A stretch of DNA of 63,955 bases, filler included, from Thraustochytrium aureum (lineage: Eukaryota): assembly GCA_012862495.1 (NCBI GenBank). It is 6 parts of 3 records of this genome, joined end to end, with 100 filler letters (N's around TTAATTAATTAA, not from the genome) between each part and the next. Parts side by side here need not be neighbours in the genome. Positions count along the whole stretch, not along the records: positions 36,648 to 48,896 come from BLSG01000378.1; positions 48,997 to 55,751 come from BLSG01000378.1; positions 55,852 to 62,576 come from BLSG01000379.1; 3 more parts are not named here. One strand, 5' to 3'. Made by a program: the position numbers and the translations under genes. Shown here one piece after another: positions 47,418-56,309 of the stretch. Positions within the stretch are counted from its first letter, which is position 1. Every line of letters begins with the position of its first letter. Under the pieces are notes generated by a model. It searched no databases and was not told the DNA's origin. It saw only the letters and a list, made by a program, of their open reading frames with translations.

Positions 47418-47816
47418 ATAGATCATGCGCCGAGCCAAGCCTTCCAGCCGCCCGACCAACCCATGGGCCGGCCGAAGGGCCGCCTAAAGGGCCGCCTGAC
47501 GGACCGACGCCCCGCTGTGTGCTTTCGAGTGGAGGCAAGGCGGAGGGACCACAGCGCCCGCCAAGACCATGACCTCTGCCGCGCTTCCGTGCGCTGCTAA
47601 CTGACAAATAGACAACTCAAAATTTCCCTTTGTTTTGATTGAGCGAGCGCGCGCTTGAGCAAGAGCTTGAGTGAGAGCGAGGTCAGCGCGGTCAGGGGTC
47701 CAGGACTTGACTTGGCCAGCACCAATCGGCAAGCCCATGACGCGCCGTGTGTAGACTGCTCAACTCCAAACCCAGACTGCCTGCTGGCGCATCACCGATG
47801 GCTCGTTGCCTTTCTC

Positions 47817-48102
47817 GTCCCGAGAAGCAAGCAGCCATCATTCGTCCTTGGAGAGTCCAGAGACGGCCCCCTTGAACTGCTCGAAAAACACGAGCACCAA
47901 CATCGTGAACGGGCCCATCCTGCAAATGTTGGCCCAGCAGCCCTTGAGCATACAGGCGGGTCCCGAGAAGCAAGCAGTCGTCATTCGTCCTTGGAGAGTC
48001 CAGAGACGGCCCCCTTGAACTGCTCGAAAAACACGAGCACCAGCATCGTGTACGGGCCCATCCTGCAAATGTTGGCCCAGCAGCCCTTGAGCATGCAGGC
48101 GG
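47817..48102. repeat. 143-bp tandem duplication covering the 3' end of the mitochondrial carrier gene
   Basis: 47817-47959 repeats at 47960-48102 with a few substitutions; the two stop codons are 143 nt apart (47838 and 47981). Confidence 0.95.
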
Positions 48103-48895
48103 GCCCCTCGGCGCGCATCGACTTGACAGCGCAGTCCACCAGGCCCCCGTACAGCTTGCCGCGTTTCGTCACGGGGTCGATCGGCTGGTTTTGCAGCCGC
48201 GCGGCAAGAAAGTCAAACGGCTGGATTGCAGTCACCGCAGCCACCGCCGCAACAAAGGCCGTCGCCATGTGCAAGCCCAGACCGTCCGGAACCGCAAACC
48301 GCGCTGCGAGCGCCGGCTTGACCGCATCGTAGACGCCAAGCTGTGCAGCGCCGTAGACGACCACTCGAGGCACGAACGCGTTTATTCCGCGAAAGTATCC
48401 CGCAACGCCTTCCTCGCGGTAGATGTTGCCCAAGGCGCGCCAAAACCCCTCTGGCGCGTGCTGCGTGCCGACCGCGAGATTGGCGCAGCTTGAATACGCC
48501 TGCGCCCGCGTCTTGAGCGCGAAAAACGGGTTGCCAAGGACGCCGCCGCAGGCCCCTGACGCAGCCGCGAGGCCAAAGTTCCGCAGGGTCTCCCCAGCGC
48601 CGCCGGTGGAGCCGCGCTCGCGGTCCTGCTCGGCCATCAGGCGCTTGGCCACCCCGTACACCCCGAACCGCGTCGCGGTGACCGCGAACTGGAGCGCATA
48701 CGCCGGGGCGATACCGCGGTACAGCCCCGCGAGCCCTTCCGACTTGCCGATCGCCACAAGCGACGCTGCCACGCCCCTGTACGCGCGCGTCGACCCGGTG
48801 CCGCTGGGCGCCCCGCCCTCGCCCTGCATCTGCAGCCGCGTCTTGACCACGTCCACGGGATGCATGCACGTGATCGCAGCGAGGGCCGCGAGGCC
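47981..48895 (-). CDS. Mitochondrial carrier, SLC25A34/35 (OAC1 oxaloacetate carrier)-like; 5' end truncated
   Basis: Three carrier signatures PVDVVKTRLQ, PFFALKTRAQ, PFDFLAARLQNQ; YALQFAVTATRFGVY; LKGCWANICRMGPYT. Confidence 0.9.
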   Translation of the reverse strand, partial: GLAALAAITCMHPVDVVKTRLQMQGEGGAPSGTGSTRAYRGVAASLVAIGKSEGLAGLYRGIAPAYALQFAVTATRFGVYGVAKRLMAEQDRERGSTGGAGETLRNFGLAAASGACGGVLGNPFFALKTRAQAYSSCANLAVGTQHAPEGFWRALGNIYREEGVAGYFRGINAFVPRVVVYGAAQLGVYDAVKPALAARFAVPDGLGLHMATAFVAAVAAVTAIQPFDFLAARLQNQPIDPVTKRGKLYGGLVDCAVKSMRAEGPACMLKGCWANICRMGPYTMLVLVFFEQFKGAVSGLSKDE

Positions 48896-48896
48896 G

Positions 48897-48996
48897 NNNN
48901 NNNNNNNNNNNNNNNNNNNNNNNNNNNNNNNNNNNNNNNNTTAATTAATTAANNNNNNNNNNNNNNNNNNNNNNNNNNNNNNNNNNNNNNNNNNNN
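48897..48996. other. Artificial scaffold spacer
   Basis: TTAATTAATTAA at 48941-48952 flanked by 44 N on each side. Confidence 0.97.
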
Positions 48997-48998
48997 CG

Positions 48999-51434
48999 TA
49001 CTTGGAGCTTGCGGAGAAGCTGGTCAAGCACTCGCCTGGGATCGGCAAAGTCTTCTTCTGCAACTCGGGCACCGAGGCGACCGAGGGCGCCATCAAGTTT
49101 GCGCGCGTTTACCAGAACGCGATGGGCCAAGGCGCCCGCAACCGGTTCATCGGGTTCAAAAAGTCGTTTCACGGCCGCAGCCTCGGCGCACTTTCGCTGA
49201 CCTACAAGCCGGCGATCCGGCTCCCCTTCACCCCCATGCTTATCCCCAACGTGGACCACCTCGAGTACAACAACGTGGACGAACTCGAAAAGATGATCGG
49301 CCCCGACGTGATCGCGGTCATGATGGAGCCCGTCCAGGGCGAGGGCGGCATCAACCCCGCCTCGCGCGAGTTTATCAAGCGCGCCCGCGAGCTCTGCGAC
49401 GAGCATGGGTGCATGCTTATTTTCGACGAGGTCCAGATCGGCCTCGGCCGCCACGGCAACGGCCGCCTGTGGGCTTACGAAGAGTATGGCGTGGTCCCGG
49501 ACGCCGTCACCATGGCCAAGCCCCTCGCAAACGGCCTCCCGATCGGCGCCATCATGCTCAGCGAGAAGATGTACAACGCGGTGCCCGAGTCCAACTGGCT
49601 CGGCTGCCACGGGTCTACGTTCGCCGGCAACCCGCTTGTGACGCGCGCGGCCAACGTGGTCGTCGACAAGATCCTTGCCCCGGGCTTTCTGGACACGGTC
49701 AGCGAGAATGGCCGCCACATGATAAAGACCCTCGAAGCCATGAAGGACAGGCTCGGCTCGCGCGTGCTCGAGGTCCGCCGCCCTCTCGGTGACGCCGCCC
49801 TCTACGCCGGCGTGCAGCTGCCCGGCCCCTATGCGGCCAAGGTGGTAGCCCACTGCCTCAACAACAAGGTCGTCGTTATCAGCGCGGGCGACGACGGGTC
49901 GGTGATCCGCCTGTGCCCACCGCTCGTCATCGACAAGGACCAGATTGACCGCGCCATGGCCGTTCTCGAGGAGGCCATCGCCGCCAACGTGCCAGAGGCG
50001 GCCGCCGCCGAGGCCTCGACCAAGACCGCATCGCCGGCACAGCTCATTGTGCATCAGCTCAGCGTCTCGCTTGCCTCGGCGTCCCCCGAGGAGTACGAGT
50101 CCAAGCTGATCGAGGCCGAGCACGACAAACTGCCTTTGGGGTTCTCTGTTGGCACGGCTTCGCTCGAGTTTTTCCCCGTCGAGCTCCCGCGCACGCCCTC
50201 GAGCAAGCCCGCGAAGATGAACCTGTGCCTGATCAAGCCCGACAAGCCGACGGCCAGCTACGCGGCTCTCTTCACCAACAACGCGTTTCCCGGCGCCCCG
50301 GTGCGCGTGGGCCGAGAGATCGTCAAGAGCGGGAAACCGCTCGCCGGCGTGATCATCAACAACAAAATCTCCAACGTGCACCCGCGAGGCTCTGGCGTGC
50401 AGGACGCCAACCGCGTATGCGACACTGTGGCGCAGCTTTTGGACGGGCCGAGCGGCTCTGGCGCTGCTGTGTTCCCTTCGTCGACGGGGGTGATCGGCTG
50501 GCAGCTGCCTGTTGACGCCATGGTCAAGGCCGCGCCTGGGGCGATCGCCTCGCTACAGAACGGCTCGGTTCTTCCCGCAGCCAAAGCGATCATGACCACC
50601 GACACGTACCCGAAGACGCGCTCGTGCGTTATCCGCGATGCAGAGGGCAACGAGTACGGGCGGATCACCGGGATCGCCAAGGGCGCCGGCATGATCGAGC
50701 CCAACATGGCCACCATGCTCGTCTACCTCATGACCGACATTGACGCTGATGCCTCGACACTCGACCGCGTGCTGCGCCGCGCCGTCAACGCGGAGGGGTC
50801 GTTCAACCGGATCTCGGTCGACAGCGACCAGTCGACCTCGGACACAATCCTGCTCATGTCGAGCCAGGTCATGCCAAAGCTGCCCGCTGCCATGGAGGAG
50901 GATGTGCTCGCTGGCGCGCTCGGCCAGCTTTGCGCTGATCTTGCCCAGGACGTTGTGCGCAACGGCGAAGGGACGCAGCACGTCCTCAAGGTTCGCGTCA
51001 CTGGTGCGCCGAGTGCGGCGCTCGCCCACGGCGTCGGCAAGGCTGTGGTCAACTCGCCTCTCGTGAAGACTGCTATCGCCGGCAACGACGCGAACTTGGG
51101 AAGGATCATCGCCGCTGTCGGCTCGTACATTGGCAAGCACAACCCGGCTATGGCCCCAATTGTCGCTTCCAAGTGCAGAATCCTCGTTGGCGACCTTGTT
51201 GTCTTTGAGAACGGCGAGTTTTGCATTGATGAAGACAAGGAGGTCAAGCTCGCTGCCTACCTTCGCGCCACCGAGCTTCCGCCTGGCCTGCACTATCCGG
51301 CGCACTACGGCTCGGTTGAGATTACCATCGACTTGCAGGGCGCCGAGCGTGCCGCGTACGGGCACTCGAGTATGGTTTTCGGCAGCGACCTGACGCACAC
51401 GTACGTCGACGTCAACGCGGGCTACAGGTCTTGA
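48999..51434 (+). CDS. argD-argJ: Fused acetylornithine aminotransferase (ArgD) - ornithine acetyltransferase (ArgJ); 5' end truncated
   Basis: ArgD part: FFCNSGTEATEGAIKFAR, SFHGRSLG, EPVQGEGG, IFDEVQIGLGR, TMAKPLANGLPIG (PLP Lys at 49518-49520), HGSTFAGNP, IRLCPPL. ArgJ part: FTNNAFPGAPV, STGVIG, AIMTTDT, KGAGMIEPNMATML, SVDSDQSTSD, VRNGEG, NSPLVKTA, SDLTHTYVDVNAGYRS. Single frame with no stop or N. Confidence 0.95.
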   Translation, partial: YLELAEKLVKHSPGIGKVFFCNSGTEATEGAIKFARVYQNAMGQGARNRFIGFKKSFHGRSLGALSLTYKPAIRLPFTPMLIPNVDHLEYNNVDELEKMIGPDVIAVMMEPVQGEGGINPASREFIKRARELCDEHGCMLIFDEVQIGLGRHGNGRLWAYEEYGVVPDAVTMAKPLANGLPIGAIMLSEKMYNAVPESNWLGCHGSTFAGNPLVTRAANVVVDKILAPGFLDTVSENGRHMIKTLEAMKDRLGSRVLEVRRPLGDAALYAGVQLPGPYAAKVVAHCLNNKVVVISAGDDGSVIRLCPPLVIDKDQIDRAMAVLEEAIAANVPEAAAAEASTKTASPAQLIVHQLSVSLASASPEEYESKLIEAEHDKLPLGFSVGTASLEFFPVELPRTPSSKPAKMNLCLIKPDKPTASYAALFTNNAFPGAPVRVGREIVKSGKPLAGVIINNKISNVHPRGSGVQDANRVCDTVAQLLDGPSGSGAAVFPSSTGVIGWQLPVDAMVKAAPGAIASLQNGSVLPAAKAIMTTDTYPKTRSCVIRDAEGNEYGRITGIAKGAGMIEPNMATMLVYLMTDIDADASTLDRVLRRAVNAEGSFNRISVDSDQSTSDTILLMSSQVMPKLPAAMEEDVLAGALGQLCADLAQDVVRNGEGTQHVLKVRVTGAPSAALAHGVGKAVVNSPLVKTAIAGNDANLGRIIAAVGSYIGKHNPAMAPIVASKCRILVGDLVVFENGEFCIDEDKEVKLAAYLRATELPPGLHYPAHYGSVEITIDLQGAERAAYGHSSMVFGSDLTHTYVDVNAGYRS

Positions 51435-51795
51435 GCGGCCCGCCAATTTTTTTTTAAAGAAAAAGAGTTCTTCTACGTAGAGAAACACCAGGAGACCGCT
51501 TGCTCAAGCGCGCTGAACGCGAGCCAGCCGCAGAGTGCGCAGCTGCTTGCGACGTTGCGTGCCGGCGGCCTTGCTCTAGAGTCGCGCCGAAAAGCTGCGC
51601 GAACAGTGAAACCCCGCTCGCGCCGAGGTCGCAAGCATCGACGGTGCAGCTGCTGCGATTCGCTGGCCCACCATGCCAGCGCCCAAGCGCCAAGGCGGCC
51701 TCCGCAAGTGCTCGGCGCATCTCAGCATGGTGGCGCATCGACCAGGTGTGCTGTCTCAATCAACCAGGTGTGCCATCTCAAGAGGTGTGCTGTCA

Positions 51796-51807
51796 GGCAG
51801 GCAGGCA

Positions 51808-51841
<34 letters not shown>

Positions 51842-51891
51842 AAGACCGGTGGATCGGCAAGTTGGCTGGCTGGTTGGTTGGCTGGCTGGCT
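51796..51891. repeat. (GGCA)/(GGCT)/(GGTT) compound microsatellite
   Basis: Visible tandem repeats. Confidence 0.9.
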
Positions 51892-54481
51892 AGCGGGCTG
51901 GAAGGCAGTCAATGTCGGACGGGCCGGTAGGCGGAGGGGCAATTCGCGGCGCGGTTCTGCGGCACACGGAGGGTCGAACGGATCGTTTATCGCGCCATGC
52001 CCCCTCCCGCGGTTGTAAAACCGATTGTCTCACCTTGACTTGTTGATCAGTTTTCGAGCAGTGGGGCTTTTGGCGACTGCTGGCGAGTTCTTCTCGCGGG
52101 CGGCCAGTTTTCGCTGGTGTTTGTTCAATCTTGATCAACTTGGATTTCGGACCACGGGGCTGATGAACGAGCCCGACAGGGCTCGATGCGGGCTTGTCAT
52201 CTACGTGCAAGGCCATGGACGAGACCGAGCCTGCAGAATAAAGAAAGAGCCAATGCTCCGTCGCTCGCGGCTTTTGGCGTTTCACCTTGGGTCGGCACTG
52301 CAGATGGGCTCACGCTCGGTGAGCGAGTCAGCATCGGGCCTGTTGCTGGAAGAAGCGCGTGAAACTGCGTCGATGGCGCGGCGCGCGGTGATGCGATAGT
52401 TTGGAGGGCCACTTGGGAACAGGAAAGACCCAGAAAGGCGAGCGCTTTCGCGTTCGGCGGAAAGTTGGTCCCCCTGGGCTACCACCGACCATGTTTGAGT
52501 GGAGTTGAGCACGAGCAATGGCGATAGGGCGTTCAGCGAGAACGGCGCCTTTGGATCGCTCGGTGCTGCCCTCGAAGCGGCTCTACTTTTTTGTCAATCT
52601 CCTCACTCTCTCGCTGCTCCTCTGACTGCTTGATGTTTTCTTCTCACGGAGAACTCGACCGCAAGCGCCCGCAACGCACAGCGAAAGCCTGACTTAAGCC
52701 TGGGAGCACCGTGTAATTACCGTGCAGACAGTCAGCACCAACGAGCGCGCAGTCAGCCTCTCGATGTGCGAGCAACGTGATGATGTTTGCAGTGAGCGCA
52801 CCTGCAATTGAGCACGCAGGACTCAACGCCCCTGTTGGCTGTAGAGGCTTTGGTCTCTCTCCCCTTGACTTCAAGGCGAGCGATAGCCCAGGCAAAACCC
52901 AAACTAGGCCAGGCTCGCAAGGGACTTCACCTCGGCTTGTCAGCAACCCTTCCAACCGCAGCAACATCAAAGCAGGCAAACTCCGACTCTTCCCAGGCAT
53001 GGTCACCCTCAGCCCACAAACCATGAACAGAGCGTCTTCCGCTGTAAAACTCGGCCCGAACATGGCCCCGCTTGAGGACCCAAGCGGTCCTGTTGGCTCC
53101 CCCGCTGAAGTGAGCCCGCGCACAGCACGTGCACTGAGCAAGCTGGCCACGATGTCAACCAATGACTTCGAAGACAAAGAGCCACAAGTCGAGGGCGCCG
53201 AACAGACCGCAAGAAGCCCAGTATCGTGTGCTTCGACTTTATTCTTCGCGCTGACTTGGTGCTTGCACGTGTTGCTGTCTTGGGCCAGCGAGGTCGGCTT
53301 TGCAAGCACACAACGACGACGATGAAGCCGAGGACGACGATGACGACGAGGCGACAATCGCCGAGAGCGGCAGCGACGTGTATGTTTGACGCCCTTTTCG
53401 GCGAGCGCGTCTCGCGCAACGAAATAATGTAAACTTTCTTTTTGATTGGAAGCGAGTCGCCGGAGATCCGCCAATCCAACGTTGACGTTTGCTTCTCGCT
53501 TGCTCTAGCTCTAGAGCTAGAGCNNNNNNNNNNNNNNNNNNNNNNNNNNNNNNNNNNNNNNNNNNNNNNNNNNNNNNNNNNNNNNNNNNNNNNNNNNNNN
53601 NNNNNNNNNNNNNNNNNNNNNNNNNNNNNNNNNNNNNNNNNNNNNNNNNNNNNNNNNNNNNNNNNNNNNNNNNNNNNNNNNNNNNNNNNNNNNNNNNNNN
53701 NNNNNNNNNNNNNNNNNNNNNNNNNNNNNNNNNNNNNNNNNNNNNNNNNNNNNNNNNNNNNNNNNNNNNNNNNNNNNNNNNNNNNNNNNNNNNNNNNNNN
53801 NNNNNNNNNNNNNNNNNNNNNNNNNNNNNNNNNNNNNNNNNNNNNNNNNNNNNNNNNNNNNNNNNNNNNNNNNNNNNNNNNNNNNNNNNNNNNNNNNNNN
53901 NNNNNNNNNNNNNNNNNNNNNNNNNNNNNNNNNNNNNNNNNNNNNNNNNNNNNNNNNNNNNNNNNNNNNNNNNNNNNNNNNNNNNNNNNNNNNNNNNNNN
54001 NNNNNNNNNNNNNNNNNNNNNNNNNNNNNNNNNNNNNNNNNNNNNNNNNNNNNNNNNNNNNNNNNNNNNNNNNNNNNNNNNNNNNNNNNNNNNNNNNNNN
54101 NNNNNNNNNNNNNNNNNNNNNNNNNNNNNNNNNNNNNNNNNNNNNNNNNNNNNNNNNNNNNNNNNNNNNNNNNNNNNNNNNNNNNNNNNNNNNNNNNNNN
54201 NNNNNNNNNNNNNNNNNNNNNNNNNNNNNNNNNNNNNNNNNNNNNNNNNNNNNNNNNNNNNNNNNNNNNNNNNNNNNNNNNNNNNNNNNNNNNNNNNNNN
54301 NNNNNNNNNNNNNNNNNNNNNNNNNNNNNNNNNNNNNNNNNNNNNNNNNNNNNNNNNNNNNNNNNNNNNNNNNNNNNNNNNNNNNNNNNNNNNNNNNNNN
54401 NNNNNNNNNNNNNNNNNNNNNNNNNNNNNNNNNNNNNNNNNNNNNNNNNNNNNNNNNNNNNNNNNNNNNNNNNNNNNNNNN

Positions 54482-55373
54482 CCGAATCTCGTCAACCAAC
54501 CCACGAAAACTGGCCGAACTTGGCAACAACCACCTTGATTCGCCGGTAAAGCGGGTCGTCCGGGTCGACAGGAAGCTCGCGCATTAGGGATTCCACCGTT
54601 CCGTGCAGTGAGGCCGTGCTGTGCTGCTTCGCAATTAGAGGGATTCCGACCACAAGCCACTGCTGCAGGCTCTGCTTGGCTTTGGGCGCTATAGCGTTGC
54701 GCCGGAGCTGCTCTGACATTGAGCGAATGGTTTCTCGCGCTTGCCGAAGCTCTCGCCTAAGCTCGAGCGCTTCGGGGGGCACTGAGCAGTTGCTCTGCAA
54801 CCGTCGTGCGCGCTCGAGCTCGCTGCGCAGTTTGGCTATCTCTGGGCTGGTCATGGAGTTGGCTTCAGCCACTCTTAGATCTGCTTCTAGCGACCGCACT
54901 TGCGCCTCCAGGTCAGCCAGCTGCTTCGCGCTCGGCGAGACTTCACCGGCGCTTCGTTCCATGTCGCTGCGGCCCCCTAGCAGGTCCAATTTCTTCAGCA
55001 TTTGCGACCGCTGGTACCGCAGAGCACGAACGGTAGATTCCAGATCGCCCACCTCGATCGCTTTGGCGTTCAGCTCGTGTTTAACCCGCGACAATTCGGC
55101 CTGTGTCACCTTGATCGTTTTCATGGCTTGGTCGGTGCCAAGCTCTTTCCAAAGCCTCCACTCTGACAGACTGCCAACGATCACGAGCAGAACGACCGCG
55201 CTGAGCGCCAAGCACCTCAGCATTGGTGACGACGCTGCAGCCCTTGTCCGCACATCGAACAGCCCGGTTCGCCGCTTCCGCACAAGCTGGCCAGCGCCGG
55301 GCCAGCAGCGAGCGGCAGCATCCGCGCCAGCCGCGCACGCGCTTCGCGCGTACCCAAGCATCGTGTTCAACAT
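54482..55373 (-). CDS. Type II membrane protein with coiled-coil stem and start of a GT54 (MGAT4-like) glycosyltransferase domain; 3' end probably in gap
   Basis: TM segment CLALSAVVLLVIVGSL, long heptad stem, then WLVVGIP..SLHGTVESL..IKVVVA resembling the MGAT4 LVIGIPTV..YL..TL.SL motif. Confidence 0.55.
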
Positions 55374-55751
55374 GTTCGCAAGCCGCGCACGCGTCCCCGT
55401 GGACGCCCGCTTCGGCGTCTGGCGCGTTGCTCGCGCGTGAGCCGGCCGCCTCGAGCGCAACTAACAGCGAGCGACCTCCACCCTGCAAGCCAGCCAACCA
55501 ACCGACTCGAGCTCTGCCGGGCAGCGCGGGAGAGCGTGGGGTAAACCTCTCGATGCTCTCTGCTCTGCACCTGTACGCGCGCGTTCACGGCCGCGCTGCC
55601 ATGGGAGGTGGTCGAGGGTTTGTGCGCTGGACAGGCTCGTGTTGTGCATGAAGTAGGGGGTAGAGTAGAGTGGAAACTGTTACCGTCGGCGACTCGGCGT
55701 CGACGCACGCATGCCGGTAGGCCCGACCTGTGCGCGGATGAATGTGCGTGC

Positions 55752-55851
55752 NNNNNNNNNNNNNNNNNNNNNNNNNNNNNNNNNNNNNNNNNNNNTTAAT
55801 TAATTAANNNNNNNNNNNNNNNNNNNNNNNNNNNNNNNNNNNNNNNNNNNN
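55752..55851. other. Artificial scaffold spacer
   Basis: TTAATTAATTAA at 55796-55807 flanked by 44 N on each side. Confidence 0.97.
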
Positions 55852-56309
55852 TTTTCTCTGCCTGCCTTGCCGCGTCGTTGAGCCAGCAGAGACGCGTTCG
55901 GCGTGCTGCCATGCACATCAATCCAGCTTGATTGATTGATCTTGAAATCAAGATCAACTCTTACCGAGAAAGGCCTGCCCCGACCACAGTGCATGTATGT
56001 ATGCGGGGCCGGCCGGCGTGCGCGCGGCACTCACGGCGGACGAAAGAACTTGCGCGTCAAGGCTGCGAGACCACCGTTACAAGTTTGCCTGGCGGCGAAA
56101 ACCACAACGGTTGGCCACCTTTCATTTCGTGCCCATCGACCAGGATCGTCTTCCAGCAAGCAAGACAGACCAGACCCGCTTGGCCCGCGCCACGACGCGG
56201 CGAGTCGGTGAGCAGCGGACGAGCAACGCACGCAGCAGAAGGCTGCAAGCCCCCTCCTCCCTACCCTACCCGCCCCCGGAAGCACTTGAGGTGGTCTGGT
56301 GGCGGCGAG

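Noticed and set aside
51890..53474. ORFs of 130-276 aa on both strands between ArgD-ArgJ and the gap
   Set aside because: No recognisable domain and no way to choose the strand; may be a frameshifted low-complexity gene but cannot be supported
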